64,000 nucleotides of DNA. Source: an uncultured archaeon. Its GTDB lineage: Archaea > Aenigmatarchaeota > Aenigmatarchaeia > PWEA01 > JAGHBM01. Both the position numbers and the translations under genes were made by a program. Shown piece after piece: positions 1-9,589 of the stretch. The stretch spans positions 118,929-182,928 of the forward strand of contig CAZOZN010000003.1 in NCBI GenBank assembly GCA_964584335.1. The letters run 5' to 3'. Numbering within the stretch: position 1 is the stretch's first letter; each line of letters begins with the position of its first letter. Below the pieces are notes generated by a model, which was not told the origin of the DNA, ran no database searches, and saw only the letters and a list, made by a program, of their open reading frames with translations.

Positions 1-1170
1 TATTCTATTCTTAAATGAATTCTCATAGAAAGAAGTTCCCGGATAAGGAGTTGCTATATGAAATGATGCATATGTTGGGTCAATTTCTTTGGAGAATTTT
101 ATAGTTTCTTCCATATCCTTTTCTGTTTCTCCTTTTAGACCAAAAAGGAAGAAAGCGACCGTATCTATTCCAACTTTTTTTACCAACTTCATTTTTTTCC
201 TTATTTCATTTTTTGATATTCCTTTTTTTGTTTCTTTTAGTACTTTTTGTGAACCGCTCTCGACTCCAAAATGAATTATCTTACATCCGCTTTTTTTCAT
301 TTTTTTAAGTAATTCTTCTTCTATTGTGTCGAATCTTGTCTGACAAGTCCAGTTTATTTTATATCCTTCTTTTGTAATAAAGTCACAGATTTCTTCTACT
401 AATTTCTTATTTAATGTAAATTCCAAGTCAAAGAAATATAAGTTCTTTATATTGAATTTTTCAATAAGATTTTTTATCTCTTTTTTAATTTTTTCTGGGC
501 TTTTTGTTCTGTATTTTCCGTACATTTTTTTAAGACAGAAAATACAAGAATAAGGACATCCTCTAGAAGCTTCAAGAAGAGCGAATCTCTTTCCCATTAT
601 TTCATATTCATAATTGTCCATTTCGAGCAGGTGATATGCTGGAAAAGGCAAATCATCCATTTTTAAATTTTTTCTTTCTCCGGTGAAAAATACTTCTCCT
701 TTTTTCTTTATGAAAATTCCCCGTACTTTTGATATATCTTTTTCTTTGCATAAATCAAGTATTGTTTTTTCCGGCTCGCCTTTTATTATACCATCCAATT
801 CAACGTTTTCGAATATTTTATCGGGCATTACTGAACCATGTACCCCCAGAAGATATAGTTCCGATTTAAAATTTTCTTTTATTTTTTTAATAATCTCGTA
901 AACTGGTTCCAAGTTAAGATGAGGACATTGCCATCTGTCGATACTTGAACTTGTTACAAATATTTTGTCCGGTTTTTTAATCTTTTTTAAAATTTGTTCT
1001 GGTCCTATTCTTTCAGCGTTTGCATCTATTATATTAACATCAATTTTATTATTTTCTAGCATGGCTGCCGAAATTGCAAGTGACATTGGAGGCCATATCC
1101 TATTGAATATAAGACCCTTCTTTTTCTCTACTGGATAATCGAATGACGGATTTATCAAGTAGACCTTCAT
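1..1170 (-). CDS. B12-binding radical SAM protein (runs off window start)
   Basis: Not in ORF track; translated by hand from ATG at 1170: MKVYLINPS...WPPMSLA (cobalamin-binding N-terminus), ASRGCPYSCIFC, FGVESGS, TPYPGT. Confidence 0.85.
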   Translation of the reverse strand, partial: MKVYLINPSFDYPVEKKKGLIFNRIWPPMSLAISAAMLENNKIDVNIIDANAERIGPEQILKKIKKPDKIFVTSSSIDRWQCPHLNLEPVYEIIKKIKENFKSELYLLGVHGSVMPDKIFENVELDGIIKGEPEKTILDLCKEKDISKVRGIFIKKKGEVFFTGERKNLKMDDLPFPAYHLLEMDNYEYEIMGKRFALLEASRGCPYSCIFCLKKMYGKYRTKSPEKIKKEIKNLIEKFNIKNLYFFDLEFTLNKKLVEEICDFITKEGYKINWTCQTRFDTIEEELLKKMKKSGCKIIHFGVESGSQKVLKETKKGISKNEIRKKMKLVKKVGIDTVAFFLFGLKGETEKDMEETIKFSKEIDPTYASFHIATPYPGTSFYENSFKNRI

Positions 1171-1175
1171 TTTAA

Positions 1176-2210
1176 TCACAAAATATTTCCCATTATTGTC
1201 TGATATGCTTCGCAGGGTGTCCAGCAACCTGGACATTTGCCTTCTTTTATTTCTTTTCTTGTTTCTTTTGATTTTTTTGAGTTCCAAATCTTATTCAAAT
1301 CGTATTCAGTTTCTCTTATGTTACCTATTTTCTTGTTAAATATTGTACAAGGATAAACATTTCCTTTAGGGTCTATGAAGCAAGAAGAATTTAGGGATTT
1401 GCACTTGAGCGGACAATTTCCCGTTTTTATATAGTTTCCTGAGAGTTTCAGAAATTTTCTCTCAATAAAAGAGACTGGGTTTAGACCTTTTTTTATCTTT
1501 ATAAAATCCAAAAGTTTTTTTTCGAGTTTTTTTTCATATTTTTTGTTTTTGTTTGTTTCACCTTTGTTATTAAAGTATAAGTCAGATTCATGGTAGAAAT
1601 TTATATGGAAATCCTCCATTTTTAGTTCTGGTATTTCTTTTTTGATTTCATTAAAAGTATTTTTTATTTCGTCTATATTATATTTGGAAATTGTGTATCC
1701 TATATAACATTCAATTTTGTTTTCCCTTAGCTTCTTATAAGTTTCCACTGCATTTTTCCAGCAGTTTACACCTCTTAATTCGTTATGAAGCTCTCTTGGA
1801 CCATCTATACTTACTGTTACTATGAATTTTGGAACCAGATTTTTAATTTTTTTACAATTTCTGTTTATCTTTTCTGTCAATATACCGTTTGTTGTCAAGT
1901 TTAGAAGGTAAGTTCCTTTCATAGAGCTTACTATATCTACTATATCTTCCCTTAGAAAAACTTCCCCTCCTGTTAAATTTACCCAAGGAATCTTGTTTTT
2001 TTTAAAGAATTTTTTTATTTCTTCCTTTTTCAGTTCATTTTTAGATTCTCTTTTCCATATACCACAAATCTTGCATCTGGAGTTGCAACTATATGTTACT
2101 GCAAAAGTTATCTTGTACGGCTTACTTAATGTTTTTATGTTTGATAGAAAAACATTCCATCCCAGGTTTATTAATTCGAGAATTCTAACACCCTCTTTTA
2201 ATGAATTCAT
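1176..2210 (-). CDS. radical SAM/SPASM domain protein
   Basis: CNSRCKIC motif, LTGGE, SPASM cysteines (GNVYPC...CPGCWTPC). Confidence 0.85.
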   Translation of the reverse strand: MNSLKEGVRILELINLGWNVFLSNIKTLSKPYKITFAVTYSCNSRCKICGIWKRESKNELKKEEIKKFFKKNKIPWVNLTGGEVFLREDIVDIVSSMKGTYLLNLTTNGILTEKINRNCKKIKNLVPKFIVTVSIDGPRELHNELRGVNCWKNAVETYKKLRENKIECYIGYTISKYNIDEIKNTFNEIKKEIPELKMEDFHINFYHESDLYFNNKGETNKNKKYEKKLEKKLLDFIKIKKGLNPVSFIERKFLKLSGNYIKTGNCPLKCKSLNSSCFIDPKGNVYPCTIFNKKIGNIRETEYDLNKIWNSKKSKETRKEIKEGKCPGCWTPCEAYQTIMGNIL

Positions 2211-2856
2211 ACATTATTGTCTTGAGTATATTCCAACCATCCGTAAATGTTCTTAGGTTACCTTTTCCATATTTGCGTGCTTTTTCAAAGCTAGGTACCT
2301 CCAGAACTCTTAGCCTCTTTTTAGCTGATTTTATTGACATTTCTGTTTCTATACCGAAACCATTCCTTCTTAAACCCAATTTTTTAATTGTAGATTTTCT
2401 AAAGGCCCTGTAACCGTAGCATAAATCAGAGTATTTCATACCCCAGATTAAGTTAACCAAAGAAACAAAGAATTTATTTCCTATTTTTCTGTGAAAAGAC
2501 ATGTCTTCTGTTCCACCGCCTTGTATAAATCTTGAACCCATACATACATCATATCCCGCTTCTATACCGGCCTTTAATAATATTATCTCTTTTGGTATCA
2601 TTGAACAGTCTGCGTCTATATTTATGACAATACCTCCTGTTGCTTTTTCCATACCCAGCCTTAGCGCGGATCCCTTGCCTTTATCATCGTATACTATCCT
2701 ACACCCGAACTTTTTTGCTATATCAACGGTCTTATCCTTTGAGTGACCATCTACTATAATTATTTCATCCACACAGTCAAGCTCTTCCATTTCCTTTAAT
2801 ACTATTGGTAAATTTCTCTCTTCGTTTAGTGTTGGTATTACCACTGAAACTTTCAT
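2185..2856 (-). CDS. glycosyltransferase family 2 (DPM1-like)
   Basis: VVIPTLNE, VDGHSKD, DAD motif, GSRF, GFGIETE. Confidence 0.9.
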   Translation of the reverse strand: MKVSVVIPTLNEERNLPIVLKEMEELDCVDEIIIVDGHSKDKTVDIAKKFGCRIVYDDKGKGSALRLGMEKATGGIVINIDADCSMIPKEIILLKAGIEAGYDVCMGSRFIQGGGTEDMSFHRKIGNKFFVSLVNLIWGMKYSDLCYGYRAFRKSTIKKLGLRRNGFGIETEMSIKSAKKRLRVLEVPSFEKARKYGKGNLRTFTDGWNILKTIMYEFIKRGC

Positions 2857-3656
2857 TTTTTCCTACCCCCAAACTTGAAATAAAGAAAAATAGCGAAAAG
2901 AACAAAGAATATGGAAGCAAGGATTAATATTAGATTATTTTGTTCCTTTTTTTCTACTATACTTACAACACCGCTACCGAATGAAGTATAGTGGTAACCG
3001 CTCTTTTCATATTCAAGAGAGGTTATTATGACGTATGAACTCCCCGGAAGGGCACCAAAAGACTCTATTTCATATTCAATTTCTTTTTCCTCTTTAGGCC
3101 CTAGAGTAACGTATTTTTCTGATTCATCTCCCTTTATTTCTCTGGGCAAGTATAGTTTTATTTTTATTTCTTTTTGGTCATTTTCAAAGTTCCTTATTTT
3201 AAGACTTGTTTTCTCTGAATCATCTTTAGATACTTCAATTTTCTCAAAGGTACCGTGTATTGAGGATTCGTAACCTTTTCTGTATGTTATTGTATGTGGA
3301 GATATAACGGAGAATGGATACATGTTTGCGTCATGGTATATCGTCTTTATTAAAAATGGGTAATTGCCTTCTGTTATATTATTTTTTAGTGAAACAGATA
3401 AACTACCGTTTATTTTATCTCCTGGATTAATCGAATCTTTTTTTATTTCTCCATTTATTTCAAAGTATTCAGAGCTGAAGGGTTCTATTTCTACTTTATA
3501 CGCTGATTCATCACCCATTTGCTCAATATTTACAATAATCTCTGTCGAATTTTTGTGAATTATACTTGATTTTAGCTGAGTTCCTATGCTTATATAACTA
3601 CCGTAAGCAGTTGAAGCAAATAGAATTAATATTAGCAATATTATGATTTTTTTCAT
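2853..3656 (-). CDS. secreted/membrane-anchored beta-rich surface protein
   Basis: N-terminal signal peptide, C-terminal TM helix followed by basic tail. Confidence 0.65.
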   Translation of the reverse strand: MKKIIILLILILFASTAYGSYISIGTQLKSSIIHKNSTEIIVNIEQMGDESAYKVEIEPFSSEYFEINGEIKKDSINPGDKINGSLSVSLKNNITEGNYPFLIKTIYHDANMYPFSVISPHTITYRKGYESSIHGTFEKIEVSKDDSEKTSLKIRNFENDQKEIKIKLYLPREIKGDESEKYVTLGPKEEKEIEYEIESFGALPGSSYVIITSLEYEKSGYHYTSFGSGVVSIVEKKEQNNLILILASIFFVLFAIFLYFKFGGRKK

Positions 3657-3686
3657 AAGAATTTTTTAATTTCCTACAAATATAAA

Positions 3687-4598
3687 TTATTTCCTCATTA
3701 GCACGATTCTGCTCCATTTACTTTCGTCTTTTTTATTGTAGCTGCAGTTTTCTTCTATTTTTTTGGCGAATTCTTTTATTTCTTCATGTAGCGGCATTTC
3801 ATTATATTTCAGCCTTTTTCTTGAAAACCCCACTGACATAAAACTCTTTACTTCTAGAAAGTCAGGTTTGTTTTTTTCTATTATTTTTGCGTATAATTCC
3901 GGTTTAACGAAATTCAGGTTTTTTACAAGGGTTAGTCTTACTACAGTATTGCAGGAATAATTATCCAGTAGGGATAAAGATTCCATTATTTTTTCCCAGT
4001 GGTTTCCTATAGGCAGGCATGTTTTTTTGTATATTTCTTCATTTGGAGCGGGTAATGTTACATAAAGATTGGTAGGTTCCTCCATGTCTTTTAATACATT
4101 CGGGTTTGTACCGTTTGTCACTATAAAGACAGAGAATTTTCTTTTTTTAAATTCTTTAATGAGTTCTGATATTTCAGGATATTCTGTGGGCTCCCCTGCC
4201 AAGGATATTGCTACCTGATTTGGATTCATTGCTTCATTTACCGTTTTTTTATCTGCTTTTTCATTCCCCTTGAATCCTGATAAAAGTTCCCTTTGGGCTT
4301 CTATGCAGCCTTCTACTATTTCTTCAGGTTCGTCAATTTCTCCCTTCCATTCGGGGTTTGTTATTGATGTGTCTCTCCAACAAAATCTGCATCTATGTTT
4401 GCAGAAAGGCACAGCGGGACTCATCTGTATACATCTGTGCGTGCTTATACCATAAAATTGTTGTTTGTAACAAAAGCCTTCCCCCGCTATTGCTTTTCTG
4501 GTCCAAGAACATGTTTTGACTGCAGTATGCTTGTTTTTTCCTACAAAACGGTAGCCCATTTTTTCCATTCTTTTTATGTCTTTTTCCGGTATAATCAT
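3687..4598 (-). CDS. taw1: 4-demethylwyosine synthase TYW1/Taw1
   Basis: HTAVKTCSWT, CYKQQFYGI, CKHRCRFCWR, SLAGEPT. Confidence 0.93.
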   Translation of the reverse strand: MIIPEKDIKRMEKMGYRFVGKNKHTAVKTCSWTRKAIAGEGFCYKQQFYGISTHRCIQMSPAVPFCKHRCRFCWRDTSITNPEWKGEIDEPEEIVEGCIEAQRELLSGFKGNEKADKKTVNEAMNPNQVAISLAGEPTEYPEISELIKEFKKRKFSVFIVTNGTNPNVLKDMEEPTNLYVTLPAPNEEIYKKTCLPIGNHWEKIMESLSLLDNYSCNTVVRLTLVKNLNFVKPELYAKIIEKNKPDFLEVKSFMSVGFSRKRLKYNEMPLHEEIKEFAKKIEENCSYNKKDESKWSRIVLMRK

Positions 4599-5509
4599 TT
4601 TACCACTATTTCCTTTAAATCTTCAGCTATTTCAGTGTTCGGGAAAATCTTCTTTGCTTTCTCTAAAAGTTTTTCTGTTTCTTTATATCTTCTTGAGAAG
4701 TGCGTCAAGACCAGTTTTTTTACTTTTGCATCTTTTGCTATTTTTGCCGCATTTACAACGCTTGTGTGTCTTTCTAAGTGATGTTTTTTACCGTGTTCAT
4801 CCAAAAAAGTACCTTCGTGTATAAGCAAATCAGAGTTTTTTGCCATGTTCGAGAGATTTTTGCAGGGCGCTGTATCACCGGAGTATACTATTTTTTTGCC
4901 CTTGGTTTTTTTTGCTATATCTTCAAGTTTTATTTTTTTATCGTTAAGGATTATCTCTCCCTTTTGCTTTATTTCTTCCAGTATTTTTCCCTCCTCCAAA
5001 CCTCTTTTCTTAGCTTTTTTTAAATCAATATTCCACCTATCTTTTTCCTCAAAACAGTAGGCTACAGCGGGAACCGAGTGCTTTACCGGAACAGAAAGTA
5101 TTCTGTAATGCTCGTTTTCAAAGATTTTTGATATGTCATTTCCCTCGAAGCCTACATCTTTTGTTTTCAATTCAAACCCGAAGTCCCAGTAACTAAGTTC
5201 TGAAAAGGCGTCTATGAATCTTGAAGCTTCTGGACCATATATTGTTAGAGGTTTTTCTCTCTGTTCCAGGTTGAAGGTTTCTATGAGTCCTATCAATCCT
5301 GCGAAATGGTCTGCATGCCAATGGGTTATAAACACCCTCCTTATTTTCATAAAATGAAGGTTGGCTTTCATCATTTGAAGTTGTGAAGATTCCCCGCAAT
5401 CCCAAAGCATTAAATCGCCCTGATAATCTATGAAAATACCAGGATGATGCCTTTCCGGGGTTGGTATTGAGGAACCCGAACCGAGAAAAACAACTTTTAT
5501 TTTGGTCAT
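4595..5509 (-). CDS. rnz: ribonuclease Z
   Basis: THWHADH, YSGDT, HEGTF, THFSRRY and flexible arm. Confidence 0.93.
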   Translation of the reverse strand: MTKIKVVFLGSGSSIPTPERHHPGIFIDYQGDLMLWDCGESSQLQMMKANLHFMKIRRVFITHWHADHFAGLIGLIETFNLEQREKPLTIYGPEASRFIDAFSELSYWDFGFELKTKDVGFEGNDISKIFENEHYRILSVPVKHSVPAVAYCFEEKDRWNIDLKKAKKRGLEEGKILEEIKQKGEIILNDKKIKLEDIAKKTKGKKIVYSGDTAPCKNLSNMAKNSDLLIHEGTFLDEHGKKHHLERHTSVVNAAKIAKDAKVKKLVLTHFSRRYKETEKLLEKAKKIFPNTEIAEDLKEIVVK

Positions 5510-5570
5510 AAGACTATTTAAGATGCAGTAATATTTAATAATAAAACGGTTTATCTTTAATTGTGTTTTT

Positions 5571-6167
5571 ATGATAAAATCAATAATATTTGATTGGGGT
5601 GGTGTAATATCTAAAAAAGGTAGTTACACAGAATTTTCGGAAATTCATTCAAAAGAATTCAATAAAACACCGGAAGAAATTCATTTTATAATAAAGAAAT
5701 ACTGGAATATTGCAAGGATAAACAAAATAAAATCGTATGATTTCTGGAAATTCGTATCAAGAGACCTGAACTGCGGTGAGGAATATTTCAGGAATTTATT
5801 GAAAGATTATGTTTCTATAAACTACGATGTTTTGAAATTTATAAAAAAAATCAAAAAAAATTACAAACTTGCCTTACTTTCTAATCAGATAGAGGATTGG
5901 CTTGAGGAGATTATTAGAAAGCATAATTTTAATGATATTTTTGATGTTATTGTAACATCTTATAATATAGGAGTGGAAAAACCTAAAAAGGAAATATACA
6001 TGAAAACTCTTTCAGAATTGGGCTTTGAGCCCTTTGAATGTGTTTTCATAGACGATAAAGAGAAAAATGTATTATCAGCAAAAGAAATCGGGATTAAAAC
6101 AATTCTTTTTAAAAATTTTATTCAGATGAAAAAAGAACTCGAATCTTTTGGTGTTAAAGTCGGGTGA
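5571..6167 (+). CDS. HAD-family phosphatase
   Basis: FDWGGV, LSN, KP, FIDD motifs. Confidence 0.85.
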   Translation: MIKSIIFDWGGVISKKGSYTEFSEIHSKEFNKTPEEIHFIIKKYWNIARINKIKSYDFWKFVSRDLNCGEEYFRNLLKDYVSINYDVLKFIKKIKKNYKLALLSNQIEDWLEEIIRKHNFNDIFDVIVTSYNIGVEKPKKEIYMKTLSELGFEPFECVFIDDKEKNVLSAKEIGIKTILFKNFIQMKKELESFGVKVG

Positions 6168-6178
6168 GTTGATTTTGT

Positions 6179-6718
6179 ATGATTCTTACTAAAAATGAAA
6201 GAGATAAAATAAAAAGACTTATTTTAGAGGGCAAAGTCTTTGTTTATCCTACAGACACTGTTTATGGTATGGGTTGCGATGCAAAAAACGAAAAATCTGT
6301 GAAAAGGATAAGGGATATCAAAAAAAGAAGAGATAAGCCTTTTTCTGTAATAGCACCATCGAAAGATTGGATTATCAGAAACTGCAAGGTTAAAATGAAG
6401 GATTTGGATATTTTACCGGGACCTTATACAATAATAGCTAAGCTAAAGAAAGATGCTGTTTGTAGCGATGTTAATCTTGGAATGGATACCATAGGGTTGA
6501 GGATACCAAAACATTGGTTTTCCGGCCTGATTGGTGAGCTAGGTATTCCTGTGGTAACGACTTCTGTGAACGTTTCCGGTAAAAAATACATGACATCAAT
6601 TGACAACATTGATATCAAGATAAAAGAAAAGGTGGATTTTTTGGTTTACGAAGGAAAATTAGATGGAAGACCATCAAATATTGTTAATTTAGTTACAGGA
6701 GAAGAGAAAAATCGCTAG
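6179..6718 (+). CDS. tsaC: L-threonylcarbamoyladenylate synthase (single-domain TsaC type)
   Basis: YPTDTVYG, KxR, GLRIP, TSVNVSG. Confidence 0.88.
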   Translation: MILTKNERDKIKRLILEGKVFVYPTDTVYGMGCDAKNEKSVKRIRDIKKRRDKPFSVIAPSKDWIIRNCKVKMKDLDILPGPYTIIAKLKKDAVCSDVNLGMDTIGLRIPKHWFSGLIGELGIPVVTTSVNVSGKKYMTSIDNIDIKIKEKVDFLVYEGKLDGRPSNIVNLVTGEEKNR

Positions 6719-8001
6719 GGTTTTATTCTTTTCATTGTCCTTGGAAAAGGTATTACATCTTGTATCGATTCTGCACCGCATATCCATTGTACTACTCTCT
6801 CTGTTCCCATTCCGAAGCCGGAGTGTGGAACACTACCATAACGTCTTGTGTCAAGGTAGAATTCATAATCTTTTAGGTTTTCGCCTTCTTTTTTGAGACT
6901 TTTTTTAATTTCCTTTATATCAGGCTCCCTGACTGCCGCATCTACTATTTCTCCGACTCCTGGAGCAATAAGGTTGAAATTTAATGTATAGTTAGGATTT
7001 TTTGGGTCTTTCTTTTTGTAGAAAGCCATAATCTCCTTGGGGTAATGAGTTATCAGTATAGGCTTCCCGCCAAGTATGTCGGCTATGCTTGTTTCTTCCT
7101 TTGCCCCCAAATCTTTACCGTGTTTTACTTTCATCCCGTTTTCATTGAGTTTTTTGAGAACTTCATCATAGGTTATCCTCTTGAAAGGAGTCTTTAACTT
7201 TAACTCTTTTGGGTCTCTACCCAGTATCTTTAAGTCTTCCATGTTTTTTTCCAGTACCTTATTGCATATGAAAACTAAGAGTTTTTCCGCAAACTCCTCA
7301 AGCTCGTCAAATCCCATCCAGGCCGCTTCCATTTCCGTCATCCAGAATTCTGTAACATGCCTGTTTGTCTTTGATTTTTCAGCTCGGAAAGTTGGTGATA
7401 TTGTATAAATTCTTTCTAGGCAGAATATCATCATTTCGGCGTACAACTGCCAGCTCTGTGACAAATATACCTTTTTTCCGAAATATTTTAACTCAAACAA
7501 AGTGGAGCCCCCTTCAGAGCCTGCTGTTGTAAATATCGGAGGCTGCATATGATAACAGTCCATTTTTTTGTGAAATTCGTTTATTGCGTCTATAACAGTT
7601 GACCTTATTTTCATTATTGACATCATTTTTCTTGACCTTAGCCACAAATGCCTGACGTCTCTTAAAAATTCAGTGCTCTGGTCTTTTGTAATAGGGAATC
7701 TTTCAGCAAGGTGAACTACATCGAGCTCTTTTCCTCTTATCTCATATCCTCCTGGAGCTCTTTCATCTTTTTTTACAGTACCTTTTATTTTTACTGATGA
7801 TTCAATCATAAGATTTTCTGCCTTTTCAAAGACATCTTCCGATACTTCTCCCTTCTTGAATGTGCACTGTATTATGCCGGAAGAATCTCTAATCATTACA
7901 AAAATTACTTTTTTTGAGGCTCTATGCCTGTATACCCAGCCTCTTATTTGAGCTTCTTCTGGCCCGTTCTTAAATATTTCATTAATTTTGGAAAACACCA
8001 T
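6715..8001 (-). CDS. asnS: asparagine--tRNA ligase-like class IIb synthetase (divergent active site)
   Basis: OB-fold anticodon domain, RHLWLR, FRAEKS..RHVTEFWM, YGSVPHSGFGMGTER. Confidence 0.8.
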   Translation of the reverse strand: MVFSKINEIFKNGPEEAQIRGWVYRHRASKKVIFVMIRDSSGIIQCTFKKGEVSEDVFEKAENLMIESSVKIKGTVKKDERAPGGYEIRGKELDVVHLAERFPITKDQSTEFLRDVRHLWLRSRKMMSIMKIRSTVIDAINEFHKKMDCYHMQPPIFTTAGSEGGSTLFELKYFGKKVYLSQSWQLYAEMMIFCLERIYTISPTFRAEKSKTNRHVTEFWMTEMEAAWMGFDELEEFAEKLLVFICNKVLEKNMEDLKILGRDPKELKLKTPFKRITYDEVLKKLNENGMKVKHGKDLGAKEETSIADILGGKPILITHYPKEIMAFYKKKDPKNPNYTLNFNLIAPGVGEIVDAAVREPDIKEIKKSLKKEGENLKDYEFYLDTRRYGSVPHSGFGMGTERVVQWICGAESIQDVIPFPRTMKRIKP

Positions 8002-8033
8002 ATTTTATATTTAAGGCAAATAAATAAAAAACT

Positions 8034-9305
8034 ATGCCGAAGCTCAAAAGAACTCTTGGCCTGTTTGAATCAAGCGTTTACGGTATTGGTCTTATTCTAG
8101 GTGCTGGAATTTATGTTCTTATAGGAAAGTCCGCAGCCATAACTGGAAACTCTCTTTGGTTTTCTTTCCTCTTGACAGCAATTATAGCATCTTTTACAGG
8201 GCTTAGTTATGCAGAACTTTCTTCCATGTTTCCGAAATCTGCTGCTGCATATTTTTATGTTAAAAATGCTTTCAAAGAAAATTATCTTCCTTTTGTGGTC
8301 TCTTGGTTGATAATATTTACTCAGGTTTTTACTGGATCCGCAGTAGCTCTTGGTTTTTCTGAATATTTTCAGGGTTTTGTTGGTATAGAATCTCCTATAT
8401 TATGGGCAATTCTTCTGATAGTAGGCCTTTCATTGCTGAATTTTTATGGTATAAAGGAATCAGCAAAATTAAACGTTATTTTTACCCTGATAGAAGCATT
8501 GGGTCTAGTTTTTATAATTTATCTGGGTTTGGGATACATAGGCTCTGTAAATTATTTTGAAATGCCTAATGGAATAGGGGGAGTTTTTACAGGGGCCGGT
8601 CTCATATTTTTTGCCTATCTGGGATTTCAGGAAATTGCCAACATTACAGAGGAAACCAAAGATGCAACCAAGAACATACCCATTGCCATAATAATTTCCA
8701 TTATTGTAACAACAGTACTATACGTTCTGGTAGCTATTTCTGTTGTCAGCATAGTTCCATGGCAGACGCTTGGTGAGGCAGAAGCACCGCTTACATTTGT
8801 CGCGGAATCAGCAATGCCCAATTCTTCATTACTTTTGACAATAATAGCGCTTTTTGCTACTCTTAATACAGTTTTGATTACGTTAATAGTGGCTTCAAGG
8901 ATGATTTATGGAGTTTCCAGAGACACTAAAATTTTCAAGACACTTTCAAAAGTTCATAAAAAGAGAAGAACACCGTGGGTTGCCGTATTAGTAACGATGT
9001 TTCTTGTTTCGGGATTCACCCTTCTAGGAGAAATAAAACTGGTAGCATTGATAGCGGATGTTGGTTCCTTTATGATATTCATGGTTGTAAATATTTCTCT
9101 AATAGTTCTTAGGTACAAGAAACCCAACCTCAAAAGACCTTTTAAGGTACCTCTTTCAATAGGACGCATGCCTATTATTCCTCTTCTTGGTTTAGTTTCA
9201 TGCTTCCTAATGATTCTACATTTTGAATTTTACATAATATTGTCAGGTATTTTAATAGTTGGCACAGGTTTTCTTGTTTTTTATCTTAAAGATAAGTTCA
9301 CGTGA
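8034..9305 (+). CDS. APC-family amino acid permease
   Basis: GLILGAGIY, YAELSS, FFAYLGF, about 12 TM segments. Confidence 0.9.
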   Translation: MPKLKRTLGLFESSVYGIGLILGAGIYVLIGKSAAITGNSLWFSFLLTAIIASFTGLSYAELSSMFPKSAAAYFYVKNAFKENYLPFVVSWLIIFTQVFTGSAVALGFSEYFQGFVGIESPILWAILLIVGLSLLNFYGIKESAKLNVIFTLIEALGLVFIIYLGLGYIGSVNYFEMPNGIGGVFTGAGLIFFAYLGFQEIANITEETKDATKNIPIAIIISIIVTTVLYVLVAISVVSIVPWQTLGEAEAPLTFVAESAMPNSSLLLTIIALFATLNTVLITLIVASRMIYGVSRDTKIFKTLSKVHKKRRTPWVAVLVTMFLVSGFTLLGEIKLVALIADVGSFMIFMVVNISLIVLRYKKPNLKRPFKVPLSIGRMPIIPLLGLVSCFLMILHFEFYIILSGILIVGTGFLVFYLKDKFT

Positions 9306-9349
9306 TTCACGCAGAGAGACAAAAAGAGTGACATTTGTATTCTTAAGTA

Positions 9350-9366
9350 ACGAAAACTTTATAAAT
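9350..9366 (+). promoter_or_regulatory. BRE/TATA promoter of ftsZ
   Basis: CGAAAAC-TTTATAAAT; predicts a start near 9390 and a ~200-nt leader. Confidence 0.6.
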
Positions 9367-9390
9367 AGGGAACTACAAAAAAATATTACA

Positions 9391-9589
9391 ATCAGGTAAT
9401 TTGGGCATTACCTTCACGTCTTCACTTCAAATTTTGGGCAATTTGAAGTTGAGTGACACACACTAATTTTTGGGCGTTATTAGTGTTAGATATTTTTAGG
9501 CTTCTAAACAGAGATAGTTTTTACTATCTAAAAAACATTTGGATATAAAAAAATATATGTTGTAGTATATAAATTGAGGTGGATTATAT
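9391..9589 (+). ncRNA. structured ftsZ 5' leader: hairpin array with UUGGGC loops
   Basis: AGGTAAT-TTGGGC-ATTACCT; ACTTCAAATT-TTGGGC-AATTTGAAGT; ACACTAAT-TTTTGGGCGTT-ATTAGTGT; further weaker hairpins; SD GAGGTG at 9576-9581. Confidence 0.65.

Noticed and set aside
9394-9507. CRISPR mini-array
   Set aside because: Shared core is only ~6-10 nt, it forms the loop rather than a full repeat, and there are no cas genes
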